Shown in pieces: positions 36,760 to 45,703 of a stretch of DNA of 64,000 nt. The position numbers were made by a program, and so were the translations under genes. Source of the stretch: Candidatus Hydrothermarchaeota archaeon (GTDB lineage: Archaea; CAYFZR01); contig JBHIEG010000008.1 of assembly GCA_046760505.1 (NCBI GenBank), forward strand, positions 1 through 64,000. Direction: 5' to 3'. The notes beneath the pieces were generated by a model. That model did no database searches. It had not been told where the DNA came from and worked only from the letters and a program-made list of their open reading frames with translations. The number at the start of each line of letters is the position of its first letter. Positions within the stretch are counted from its first letter, which is position 1.

Positions 36760-37875
36760 CTTTAGAATTTCGTAATTTCTTATCCCGGCGTCAGCGATTT
36801 TCTTTTCTAGCGGCAGTTTTTCATCATCCCTGTACAATCCGTAGTTCTTCAAAGAATGTCCAACATGAGGCGAGATGGCATAAATCAAATCCCTTATCCT
36901 ATTCTTCTTATCAGACTCCAATTCAATTTCTATTCCGTTATCCAAATCCTGAATCAACAGTCTTACCAGATCATCATCTTCTTTTGGCTTTACGTCTTCC
37001 ACGATTTCCAATTTCTCCAGTTTTCCCATCCATATGTAACTCAATTCTATGCTTACTTTCTCGAGATTATCTTGTGTATCTAGTTTTGCGTGGATTACTT
37101 GAGTCTCATTTGGATCAATTTTCTTGATTTCCCATTTCTGGTGATGAGTTTGAAAATCATTCATGGATGGAAGGTCTATTTTTATTTTTACATTTTCTGC
37201 ATGGATTTTACCCATATTGGATATTCTTAACTCCAGTGATAAGAAAGATTTCTCGACATAGGGATATCTCTTGCAGGTGAGAACTAAATTTGGACGCCAT
37301 TTCTCAAGCATACTTATCTTACGTTGCCTTATCTCATGACAGAGGTCTCTTACCTTATCACTCCTTAACGCGACAAAGTAAAAGGCATAAGGTATCCAAT
37401 GATTTTTGATCGCGCAATCCAAAACGAGTTTTCTCTCTTGAGCCCAACCTTCAATAACTGATTCATAAGGTATTGAAATCAGGAGATCATCTGCCTTGAA
37501 TAATAAATGATCTTCTTCCAGTTGGAAATATCCTTTCTTCTTTCCTATCCCTGTTAACAGGTATGCCTGATTTTTGTTGGATTTACCATTAAAATTTCGA
37601 AGAAATTTACGCTTTGCCTCATAGATTACATCACCAACCAGATATGGATCCTCATCTAAGATTAAATAATTGTAAACGATTAACTGGTTGTCTCTAATTG
37701 CAGAGATAGCTATTTCATCATTATTACATCTCACAGAGAGAACTTTGTCATAGTTTATGTGATGGGATGTTAAATGTGAATCAAATAAAATACTATCTCT
37801 CATTAGTTCTAGAATGCCGTCTACATAGTTTAAACCTGAATTGAATCTTACATTATACTTCCCATAAGAAATCAT
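36745..37875 (-). CDS. Hypothetical multidomain protein (putative PH-like x2, Ig/CARDB-like, C-terminal ubiquitin-like)
   Basis: 376-aa ORF with GGAG RBS and own TATA; ISNMGKIHAENVKI...IDPNET is CARDB-like; C-terminal [27 protein letters not shown] is beta-grasp-like. Confidence 0.75.
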   Translation of the reverse strand: MISYGKYNVRFNSGLNYVDGILELMRDSILFDSHLTSHHINYDKVLSVRCNNDEIAISAIRDNQLIVYNYLILDEDPYLVGDVIYEAKRKFLRNFNGKSNKNQAYLLTGIGKKKGYFQLEEDHLLFKADDLLISIPYESVIEGWAQERKLVLDCAIKNHWIPYAFYFVALRSDKVRDLCHEIRQRKISMLEKWRPNLVLTCKRYPYVEKSFLSLELRISNMGKIHAENVKIKIDLPSMNDFQTHHQKWEIKKIDPNETQVIHAKLDTQDNLEKVSIELSYIWMGKLEKLEIVEDVKPKEDDDLVRLLIQDLDNGIEIELESDKKNRIRDLIYAISPHVGHSLKNYGLYRDDEKLPLEKKIADAGIRNYEILKLKSN

Positions 37876-38120
37876 CGTTTTCTCCTACTTAAGAGTAGTA
37901 AATACAAATATAAAAGATTTTTTAAGACATATGTCAGACTACAATCGATATAAAGAAAAATAAGGAACTATTCCCGGGCAAATTTCAAAAAAATCGAATT
38001 ATTCTCATTTTCGACATCTCATACATTTTGCATCACTCTGCGTAAAGTATTTATAATTGTAAAATTCTCTTTGTGGAATTATAGGCATTAGTGACTAAAA
38101 ATATACATCAAAGTGATAAC

Positions 38121-38687
38121 ATGCGCATACTGGTAATAGACAACAAGGACAGTTTTGTATATAACCTCGTAGATTACGTCTCTAGTCTAGGCACCCAAGT
38201 TAAGGTAATAGGTAACAAGTTCGACCTTAAGGTAATCGAAGAATTTCGCCCTGATGGAATAGTGATCTCTCCCGGACCAGGTACTCCAGAGGAAACTGGT
38301 AATGTCATTCCTGCTATTAAGAAATATCCCCACATACCTACGCTTGGCGTTTGCTTAGGCCATCAGGCGATAGCGTTAGCTTTTGGAGGGAAAGTAACTA
38401 GGGGAGAAAAACCTGTTCATGGAAAGGCTTCCTTAATCTACCATGATAGAAAAACGATATACAAGGGTCTCCCAAGTCCTTTTCTCGCGGGCAGATATCA
38501 TTCATTGGTTGCTAAAGAACCCATCCCGAAATGTTTGGAAATTTCCGCCTACACAGAAGATTCAGTTATAATGGGTCTAAGGCACAAGGAGTACCCAATC
38601 GAAGGTGTCCAATTTCATCCTGAGAGCGTTCTTACTCCTCTAGGAAAAAAAATAATTCAAAACTTCTTGGATGCAGTTAAATGTTGA
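38121..38687 (+). CDS. trpG: Anthranilate synthase component II (glutamine amidotransferase)
   Basis: IDNKDSFVYN, SPGPG, GVCLGHQ, RYHSL, QFHPES. Confidence 0.96.
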   Translation: MRILVIDNKDSFVYNLVDYVSSLGTQVKVIGNKFDLKVIEEFRPDGIVISPGPGTPEETGNVIPAIKKYPHIPTLGVCLGHQAIALAFGGKVTRGEKPVHGKASLIYHDRKTIYKGLPSPFLAGRYHSLVAKEPIPKCLEISAYTEDSVIMGLRHKEYPIEGVQFHPESVLTPLGKKIIQNFLDAVKC

Positions 38688-39403
38688 TGGAAATAATTAA
38701 GAAAAATTACGAAAGGGAAATAATTGAAAGGGAAATACCCGATAGACCGATGAGAAGTCTTAGAAAATCTATAAAAAAAACCAAACCAGTTAAGAAACCA
38801 ATTATAGCTGAAATCAAGCCGAAAGGGCCCGACGAAAAAAAATCCAGAAAAATAGATGTGGAAAAAACCGCTAAAATGTTTGAGAAATATGCGGCAGGTA
38901 TATCTGTACTTACAGAGCCTTTCTTTTTCGATGGAAATATATTTTATTTAAAAGTGGTACATGACACGGTGAGGCTACCTGTGTTAAGGAAAGATTTCAT
39001 ACTTCGTAAAGACCAAATAAGGGAATCAGCATCCCTCTATGCTGATGCCGTTTTATTAATCACCTCCTGCTTAAAAGAAGAATTGGGTAAAATGCTTGAT
39101 GAATGCGATAAATATGGGCTAGAGGCTTTGGTAGAAGTAAAAAATGAAGAAGAAATAGAATTAGCATTGAATTTTGGCTCTAAGATTATCGGAATCAACA
39201 ACCGTGATTTAAACACGCTGGAAATAGATAAAACAAAAACAATTAGGCTGGCAGGTTTGATTCCAAATAATATTACAAAAATAGGGATGAGCGGATATTC
39301 CAATAAAAAAGAAGTCAATGAAGCCTTAAAACACGTTGATGCCCTGCTAATCGGAAAGAGCATAATGGATAATCCCGATAAATTAAGGGAATTAGTAAGC
39401 TAA
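38681..39403 (+). CDS. trpC: Indole-3-glycerol phosphate synthase
   Basis: IIAEIK, ISVLTEP, VLRKDFI, LVEV, GINNRDL; operon position. Confidence 0.92.
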   Translation: MLMEIIKKNYEREIIEREIPDRPMRSLRKSIKKTKPVKKPIIAEIKPKGPDEKKSRKIDVEKTAKMFEKYAAGISVLTEPFFFDGNIFYLKVVHDTVRLPVLRKDFILRKDQIRESASLYADAVLLITSCLKEELGKMLDECDKYGLEALVEVKNEEEIELALNFGSKIIGINNRDLNTLEIDKTKTIRLAGLIPNNITKIGMSGYSNKKEVNEALKHVDALLIGKSIMDNPDKLRELVS

Positions 39404-39430
39404 AGGGAGCTGGTAAGTTAAGGGAGTTGA
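39384..39430 (+). repeat. Imperfect tandem repeat (about 2.7 x 17-18 bp) at the trpC/trpB junction
   Basis: TAAGGGAATTAGTAAGC / TAAAGGGAGCTGGTAAGT / TAAGGGAGTTGA. Confidence 0.6.
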
Positions 39431-39434
39431 TCCA

Positions 39435-40622
39435 ATGATATTACCTAACGAAAAAGGAAAATATGGCGAGTTCGGGGGGAGATTTGTCCCAGAGATTCTT
39501 ATGCCAGCACTTGAAGAACTCGAGGATGCTTTTAAAAAGTGTATGAATGATGAGGAGTTTTTGAGAAAATTAGAATACTATAACAGAGAATTTGGCGGAA
39601 GACCCACACCACTGTACTTCGCTGAGAATTTAACAAGAGAGGCAGGGGGAGCAAAGATATACTTGAAGAGAGAAGATCTGGTTCACGGGGGAGCCCATAA
39701 ATTAAACAATACTCTGGGCCAGGCTTTACTTGCAAAATACATGGGCAAATCCAGGATAATCGCTGAGACAGGGGCCGGACAACATGGTATTGCAACCGCA
39801 ATGGCATCTACCGCGTTAGGAATAAAATCTGAAATTTATATGGGCGAAGAGGACATGGAAAGGCAGAAACTTAACGTATTCAGAATGCAACTGATAGGGG
39901 CCAAGGTTCATGCTGTTAAAAGCGGGTCAAAAACCTTGAAAGATGCTATAAACGAGGCGATAAGGGATTGGGTAACCAACGTTGAGACTACCTACTATAT
40001 GATTGGCTCCGTGGTCGGTCCTCATCCTTATCCGATGATAGTAAGAGAATTTCAAAGAGCCATCGGAAGGGAAACCAAGGAACAAATTCTGAAAAAAGAA
40101 GGGAGAATGCCGGATGTGATAGTCGCCTGTGTTGGAGGAGGAAGCAATGCAATGGGAATTTTTTACGATTTCACCGAGGAAAACACCAGATTGATCGGTG
40201 TGGAAGCAGGTGGTCTGGGAATAAAAACAGGGAAACATTCCGCCAGCCTGTGCGCTGGAGAATACGGTGAACTTCACGGAGCCCTAACCTATATCCTTCA
40301 GGATGAATACGGGCAGATCCAGATCTCCCACAGCATATCCGCAGGCCTAGACTATCCAGGCGTGGGTCCGGAGCTTTCATATTTGAAGGATATTAAGCGG
40401 GTAGAGACAGTAAATGTACTGGACAACGAAGCACTGAAGGGTTTTCAGCTTTTGTGTAAGACTGAGGGAATATTACCCGCATTAGAACCTGCTCATGCCA
40501 TATACTATGCGTTTAATCTTGCCAAAAATATGGATGAAGACGAAATAATCGTTGTTAACTTATCAGGAAGGGGAGACAAAGATGTGGACACAGTAGCCCA
40601 TGCCTTGGGGGTCTCACTATGA
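39435..40622 (+). CDS. trpB: Tryptophan synthase beta chain (TrpB1)
   Basis: [50 protein letters not shown]. Confidence 0.98.
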   Translation: MILPNEKGKYGEFGGRFVPEILMPALEELEDAFKKCMNDEEFLRKLEYYNREFGGRPTPLYFAENLTREAGGAKIYLKREDLVHGGAHKLNNTLGQALLAKYMGKSRIIAETGAGQHGIATAMASTALGIKSEIYMGEEDMERQKLNVFRMQLIGAKVHAVKSGSKTLKDAINEAIRDWVTNVETTYYMIGSVVGPHPYPMIVREFQRAIGRETKEQILKKEGRMPDVIVACVGGGSNAMGIFYDFTEENTRLIGVEAGGLGIKTGKHSASLCAGEYGELHGALTYILQDEYGQIQISHSISAGLDYPGVGPELSYLKDIKRVETVNVLDNEALKGFQLLCKTEGILPALEPAHAIYYAFNLAKNMDEDEIIVVNLSGRGDKDVDTVAHALGVSL

Positions 40623-41419
40623 AGGTCTTTGAGGAACTGAAAGAAAGACATGAGGGCGGACTAATAGGCTTCATCACCCTCGGAGACCCGCATCCATCCA
40701 TGACTCTAGATATAGTTAATTCTTTGAATGTAGATCTGATTGAACTGGGAATCCCATTTTCTGATCCAATTGCAGATGGTCCAACCATACAGAAGTCCTC
40801 GCAACGAGCACTAAATGCTTATATGAATCCTGATATGGCTTTTGAGATTGCTGAGGAAATAGAATTGACAAAAGTATTTCTGACGTACTACAACATAATT
40901 TTAAGGCGTGGAATAGAGAAATTTTTCTCTGATTGCGCAAGAGTCAATGTTGATGGAGTTATAATCCCCAACCTACCCATAGAGGAATCTTACGATGTTC
41001 TCAAATATTCAAAAGAATACGATGTAGACCTGATATACTTGGTGGCGCCAACGACAACAAAAGAACGCTTAAAAAAGATCTTAAAGGAGGCAAGAGGGTT
41101 CTTATACCTAGTATCGAGATTTGGCGTGACAGGAGAAAGAGAGGAACTTTCCGATATAACAAGAAATCTCATACATCGGATAAGTGATTCTACTAGGGAG
41201 AATATTCCCCTAGCGGTCGGATTTGGAATATCTAAGCCTCAACACGTTTATGAAGTTATCAAAAGCGGAGCCGATGCCGCCATAGTGGGAAGCGCATTCG
41301 TTAGCGTAATAGAGAGGAATCTGAATGACAAGGAAAATATGCTTGAAGAACTTTCGAACTTGTCAAAATCTTTAAAAGAGGCTGCCGTAAAAGGATACAG
41401 GGATAGAAATAAAAAGTAA
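40619..41419 (+). CDS. trpA: Tryptophan synthase alpha chain
   Basis: [32 protein letters not shown]. Confidence 0.97.
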   Translation: MKVFEELKERHEGGLIGFITLGDPHPSMTLDIVNSLNVDLIELGIPFSDPIADGPTIQKSSQRALNAYMNPDMAFEIAEEIELTKVFLTYYNIILRRGIEKFFSDCARVNVDGVIIPNLPIEESYDVLKYSKEYDVDLIYLVAPTTTKERLKKILKEARGFLYLVSRFGVTGEREELSDITRNLIHRISDSTRENIPLAVGFGISKPQHVYEVIKSGADAAIVGSAFVSVIERNLNDKENMLEELSNLSKSLKEAAVKGYRDRNKK

Positions 41420-41432
41420 TGCTGAAAAAAGA

Positions 41433-42032
41433 CTAGCATTTTTCTCCTATTTTTCTTCCGTATTCGATTCCTGCTTTGACTGTTTTGAACAATTTTTCCC
41501 CAAAATCTCCGTAGCTTTCCAATAGAACCTTACTGATTGTTTCTTCATTGATAGATGGGAGAGAAAGAGAAACAGCCATGCCGAACAAGAACATGTTTCG
41601 AACCTTCGGTATATCCTCAATGTCTTTCATTGCCTCGTTTGTATCCACAAGAACAAGTCTAATCTTTTTTTTCTTGGCCTCATCTTTCACATCATTGAGC
41701 CAGTACTTCGATATTGGCGATGATGTATCTATAATTGCACAGCCACCCTCCGTCATCTCCTGAATGGAGTAGGCAGGTCTCCCGACGGGATCAATCATTA
41801 TCAGGGTTTCTGCACCCTCGGTTCTTTCAGTTGTGGCAATGGAAAACTTTTCCTCTCCAGTACCAAGAAACGGGGGAATCAACAATTTTCTCCCTACGGC
41901 TCCACCAGATTGAGGTTGAATTCTTCCAACAAGTTCATATCCTTCTTCTGCCATGACTTTAGCCATTATTTGAGTTATGTGAGTAAAACCACTTCCTTTG
42001 CTTCCAATTACAACTATATCTTTCCTTGACAT
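41433..42032 (-). CDS. 2-oxoacid:acceptor oxidoreductase gamma/IorB-like subunit (divergent)
   Basis: DIVVIGSKGSG..I..IMA, QSGGAV, KVRNMFLFG, C-terminal AGIEYG pattern of PorC/IorB. Confidence 0.6.
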   Translation of the reverse strand: MSRKDIVVIGSKGSGFTHITQIMAKVMAEEGYELVGRIQPQSGGAVGRKLLIPPFLGTGEEKFSIATTERTEGAETLIMIDPVGRPAYSIQEMTEGGCAIIDTSSPISKYWLNDVKDEAKKKKIRLVLVDTNEAMKDIEDIPKVRNMFLFGMAVSLSLPSINEETISKVLLESYGDFGEKLFKTVKAGIEYGRKIGEKC

Positions 42033-42036
42033 ACCA

Positions 42037-43176
42037 TCACTTCCTCAGCACCGTTGGTAAAGCAGTCTCCACAATTTCAGGCAGTGTGATAACATCCATT
42101 TCAACTTGAGCCTCTTTCACTCCATCTCTTAGATTCTTTTTGCAGAGTGGACAGGTGGTAACTATTGTAGTGGCATCAGTCTTCTTTGCCTGCATCACCC
42201 TAAGCCATGCAAGCCCCTTCATAGCCTCTCTCCGATGCAGTCTTAGAGATCCACCACAGCACCTTGTAAACCTCCCTTTTCTCAGCATTTCTTTCAGTCT
42301 CAATTTAGGTATTTTCCTAAGTACTTTCCTTGGTTCTTCAATTACCTTTAAAGGTCCGGTGACCAAGTGGCAGGAGTCATGATAAGTTACAAGCCTATCC
42401 ACGGGATTCTTAAACTCGAATACATTTTCCTCTAGGGCTCTAGCCATGATCTCAGAGTAGTGGAAGACCTCATAACTGGCGTCTCCTACTATGTACCCGT
42501 AGTCATGATCGAGGACCAAGTAACAGGTGGGACATAGAGTAACCACGAAATCAGGCTCATACTTCTCAAGATTTTCCACATTCTTTTTTGCCATTTCATC
42601 CACATCATTGTCGTGCACCCCGGCTCTTATCAAGATGGAGGTGCAACATGCTTCATCTTTAAATGCTTCCACATCCAAACCTATCATTTTCATTGTCTTG
42701 AGAGCAGCGATAGAAGAGTCAATGTCTTCGTAACTCATTACACAACCAGTAAATAGTAATCCCTTTCCGAAAAGATCTTTGCATGCAGAAGTAGATTCCA
42801 AGTCTACTTTTACCTTTTTTACCCAGTCCAGTCTCTTCTCCCTGTCGAAACCATATTTCTTCGGGTACGGATTTCCTCTTTCCATGAGATCATTCTTTAT
42901 TTCCAGGAGTCTTGGAATCGGTTTGTAAGTTCTTACGTCTTCAATCAGAGGAAATCCCGCGATTGCATAGGGGCATGAAACTTCACACGAATTGCAGTTC
43001 ATGCAGTAGGTTATCACTTCGTTCGCCTTCTCGTATTCGCCTATTCGCATATAGGTGTGCATGAGTCTCTTTGGTATGTCCACTGGACAGCGAACCTGGC
43101 ACATGGTGCATCCCACGCACTTTTTATGATATTCCATGATCTGCTCTGGAGTAAGGATTCTGCCTATGATGCTCAT
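42037..43176 (-). CDS. HdrD/GlcF-like Fe-S protein (2x[4Fe-4S] plus two CCG domains)
   Basis: CVGCTMCQVRCP, CMNCNSCEVSCP, FTGC..ACCTS..CPTC, YHDSCHL..RCCGG..CPLC. Confidence 0.88.
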   Translation of the reverse strand: MSIIGRILTPEQIMEYHKKCVGCTMCQVRCPVDIPKRLMHTYMRIGEYEKANEVITYCMNCNSCEVSCPYAIAGFPLIEDVRTYKPIPRLLEIKNDLMERGNPYPKKYGFDREKRLDWVKKVKVDLESTSACKDLFGKGLLFTGCVMSYEDIDSSIAALKTMKMIGLDVEAFKDEACCTSILIRAGVHDNDVDEMAKKNVENLEKYEPDFVVTLCPTCYLVLDHDYGYIVGDASYEVFHYSEIMARALEENVFEFKNPVDRLVTYHDSCHLVTGPLKVIEEPRKVLRKIPKLRLKEMLRKGRFTRCCGGSLRLHRREAMKGLAWLRVMQAKKTDATTIVTTCPLCKKNLRDGVKEAQVEMDVITLPEIVETALPTVLRK

Positions 43177-44198
43177 ATCACATCCACCTCTAGGAGTTTG
43201 GCGTTAATCTCTTGGAGCGCTCTTTTGGCGCTTCCAACCAGGGGCACATCAGCCATCTCTATGCTTGCTGCCAATGGATCCAAGTTGATAGATATCAGGC
43301 ACTCTGTCTCAAATTTAACCGCAAAAAGGTCCCAAGACATTCCAACCATAAAGGTCACCTCTGCCTCTACAAAAACCCCTGAACTCAGCCCGGTAGATAT
43401 AAAACCCTCTGTTTCTGGAAATTCTGATGCATGTCTAGTGCAGTAAAGACCCACTTCCTTGTTATATTTCTCTTTTAGTATCCTCGCCAGTTCTCTTACC
43501 TCTGTAACTGATTCTTCTCCTAGAACGGATGGCCACCCCGGTAACCCTCTGCGCGCTCTTTCAGCGCCCACTACTCCTTTACCGATGATTATCGCGACGC
43601 TATCAGCCATCTTTAAGTATTCTACCGCCTCTTCGATCCTAGAGGGATCCACATCTCCGGGAACAAAAGGTCGATCCCCTATAACGTTCAAATCTAGACT
43701 AGTTGCTCCCTGCATTGCTAGGTCTTCTGTTATGATTACCGCTACCAGCCTATGTTTGATGATGGTATCCTCAAACGCCTTTTTGATACTGCCAGATAAT
43801 TCAGCAATGCTTCTTGGAACATAAGTGATAACTCCAGATTCCTTTAACACAGTTGGCAGAGAAGCGGTGCACACATAAGATCCTCTCCCGTCTATATCAA
43901 GTCCAACGATAATCACCCCGGGAGTGCCTACCTCTTCTGTTATCAACTGATAAGCCACGTTAACCCCTTTGTCCTTGATAACAGCACAGCCTTTTTTCCC
44001 ACACTGACCTGCTCCAATAATTATGCCAACCGCGTCCGCTTCATTAGAAACAAACAGAACAGGAACGTCAGGTCCTAAGGCTCCATCCATTATCGCATTT
44101 TGAGCGGAATTTAATGGATATCCAGGTAGAAGCGTTACCACATCAGGCTTTATCTCCTTTAAGGTATCCACAATTATGTCGTTTCCAACTTTAAACAT
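43173..44198 (-). CDS. TPP-enzyme N-terminal (PYR) domain fused to an ALS/POX-like middle domain
   Basis: LLPGYP, SNEADAVG (conserved Glu), KDKGVNVA (IorA-like), IEEAVEYLKMADSVAIIIGKG and INLDP...ADVPLVGSAK. Confidence 0.7.
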   Translation of the reverse strand: MFKVGNDIIVDTLKEIKPDVVTLLPGYPLNSAQNAIMDGALGPDVPVLFVSNEADAVGIIIGAGQCGKKGCAVIKDKGVNVAYQLITEEVGTPGVIIVGLDIDGRGSYVCTASLPTVLKESGVITYVPRSIAELSGSIKKAFEDTIIKHRLVAVIITEDLAMQGATSLDLNVIGDRPFVPGDVDPSRIEEAVEYLKMADSVAIIIGKGVVGAERARRGLPGWPSVLGEESVTEVRELARILKEKYNKEVGLYCTRHASEFPETEGFISTGLSSGVFVEAEVTFMVGMSWDLFAVKFETECLISINLDPLAASIEMADVPLVGSAKRALQEINAKLLEVDVI

Positions 44199-44210
44199 AA
44201 CATTCCTCCA

Positions 44211-44738
44211 TTATAGCGAAAGACAATTTGCAATGATTAATTTCGTTCCCGGGATCTCTTTTGCATCTTTACATGCTTTTTCTAGTTCTTTATGGTCATA
44301 TACTGCCCTACAGTAAGGTAAATTTAGTGCTTTTCCCAATGCTTCGTAGTTTATTCCTAAAGATGTTGGAGTTATCCGTTGTCCTCCAGTCATGCTCCAA
44401 GAAGAATCGTTTAATACAATTACGGTTAATCTTTTGACTTTATCCGGATTCATGGCAGCGGTGATCAAAGAATTGAAGTGTAATCCAAAGCCACCATCGC
44501 CAACTATACAAAATATTTCCCCTTTAAAATTGTCATTAACTAAACTGTGACCCATTGCCACAGAAAGAGAGCCGCCAAGAGCTCCAGAACCACCGATGTA
44601 TTGTCTTTTGGGTATCCCACACATCAAAGATGCTATTGTATTGTCGCCAAGATCTACACAAACCCCGTCTTCATGATCCATCGCCTCAACCAATCCGACG
44701 AGGATATCGGGCATTTTTTGAAGTTTCTTTGCTTGCAT
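44211..44738 (-). CDS. TPP-binding (PP) domain subunit
   Basis: GALGGSL..AMG, GDG...LND TPP motif followed by MTGGQ. Confidence 0.85.
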   Translation of the reverse strand: MQAKKLQKMPDILVGLVEAMDHEDGVCVDLGDNTIASLMCGIPKRQYIGGSGALGGSLSVAMGHSLVNDNFKGEIFCIVGDGGFGLHFNSLITAAMNPDKVKRLTVIVLNDSSWSMTGGQRITPTSLGINYEALGKALNLPYCRAVYDHKELEKACKDAKEIPGTKLIIANCLSL

Positions 44739-44832
44739 ACATTCCCCCCCTTTGAAGAATGTAACTAAGACTTGGTGATGAAATAAAAAGATTTTCCAAA
44801 AGCCTTATATTCCCATACACCAATCTCGACTC

Positions 44833-45171
44833 ATGGAATGGATCCCGAAGTGGCTGGCAGATGTTTACCTAAAGTTATTCTCAGTATTCGGAACCGAAGA
44901 GTTCTCTACTCAGCTTGCAAAACATCTATTCGAAGATGATCAGGTATTTTTAAAGGCTCTTTCCGAACTGAAAATGAAGGGGTGGATAACACGGGTGAAA
45001 AAAGGGAGATACAAACTGATTGATTTAAAAGAGCTGGTATTTCAAATAACTCCAGAATTATCCATCGAAAACGTGGAAGAAAAGGTCAGAGAACGAAAGA
45101 AAATATCCAATGAATATATGATAAATCTATCATTTGAGATTCACGGGCTAGGGGGCTTGCCATGTACGTAG
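44833..45171 (+). CDS. Winged-helix DNA-binding protein (AbiEi-like/putative antitoxin or regulator)
   Basis: ALSELKMKGWITRVKKGRYKL wing motif; overlaps the downstream nucleotidyltransferase-like gene. Confidence 0.6.
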   Translation: MEWIPKWLADVYLKLFSVFGTEEFSTQLAKHLFEDDQVFLKALSELKMKGWITRVKKGRYKLIDLKELVFQITPELSIENVEEKVRERKKISNEYMINLSFEIHGLGGLPCT

Positions 45172-45656
45172 AAAAAATTTTATCGATTCTAAAATTATTC
45201 AGAGAAAAGAACATAGACTATGCCCTAGTTGGAGGATTATCCGGCATAATTCACGGAAGCCCCTACACCACTCCAGAGATTGAATTCGTGATATCAACGG
45301 ATCCTAGGAAAATAGAAAAGTATCTTGAAAGACTCGGCTGGAAAAAGGAAAATGATTACTATATTCATAAAACCCTGAAAATACCTCTAAAATTGTACAC
45401 AGACTATAGAGGATTTAATTTAAACAAAAACGTGAAAATAGTCAAGGCTAAGCTAAGGAATAACGAAATAAAGGTTAACTCCCCGGAAGATTATGTGATA
45501 ACTACCGCAAAAGGTGGCTCTCTTGAAGAACTTCATAGAGGTATAGCAGTTCTTATTGCAAACAAAAAATCATTGGACAGAGATTACCTGATCAGAAGAG
45601 CAGGTGAAGAAGGAGTTAAGGAAAGAATCTTGTTCATTTTGAATAAAATTTTGTAG
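45162..45656 (+). CDS. Nucleotidyltransferase-fold protein (DUF6036/AbiEii-like), degenerate active site
   Basis: YALVGGLS.IIHG.P.TT.EIEFVI, SPEDYVI..K, LDRDYL..RA. Confidence 0.6.
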   Translation: MYVEKILSILKLFREKNIDYALVGGLSGIIHGSPYTTPEIEFVISTDPRKIEKYLERLGWKKENDYYIHKTLKIPLKLYTDYRGFNLNKNVKIVKAKLRNNEIKVNSPEDYVITTAKGGSLEELHRGIAVLIANKKSLDRDYLIRRAGEEGVKERILFILNKIL

Positions 45657-45703
45657 GATTGATTACACTTATTTGCTTCCAGTAAATTTTGTTCTTAACT
45701 TAA

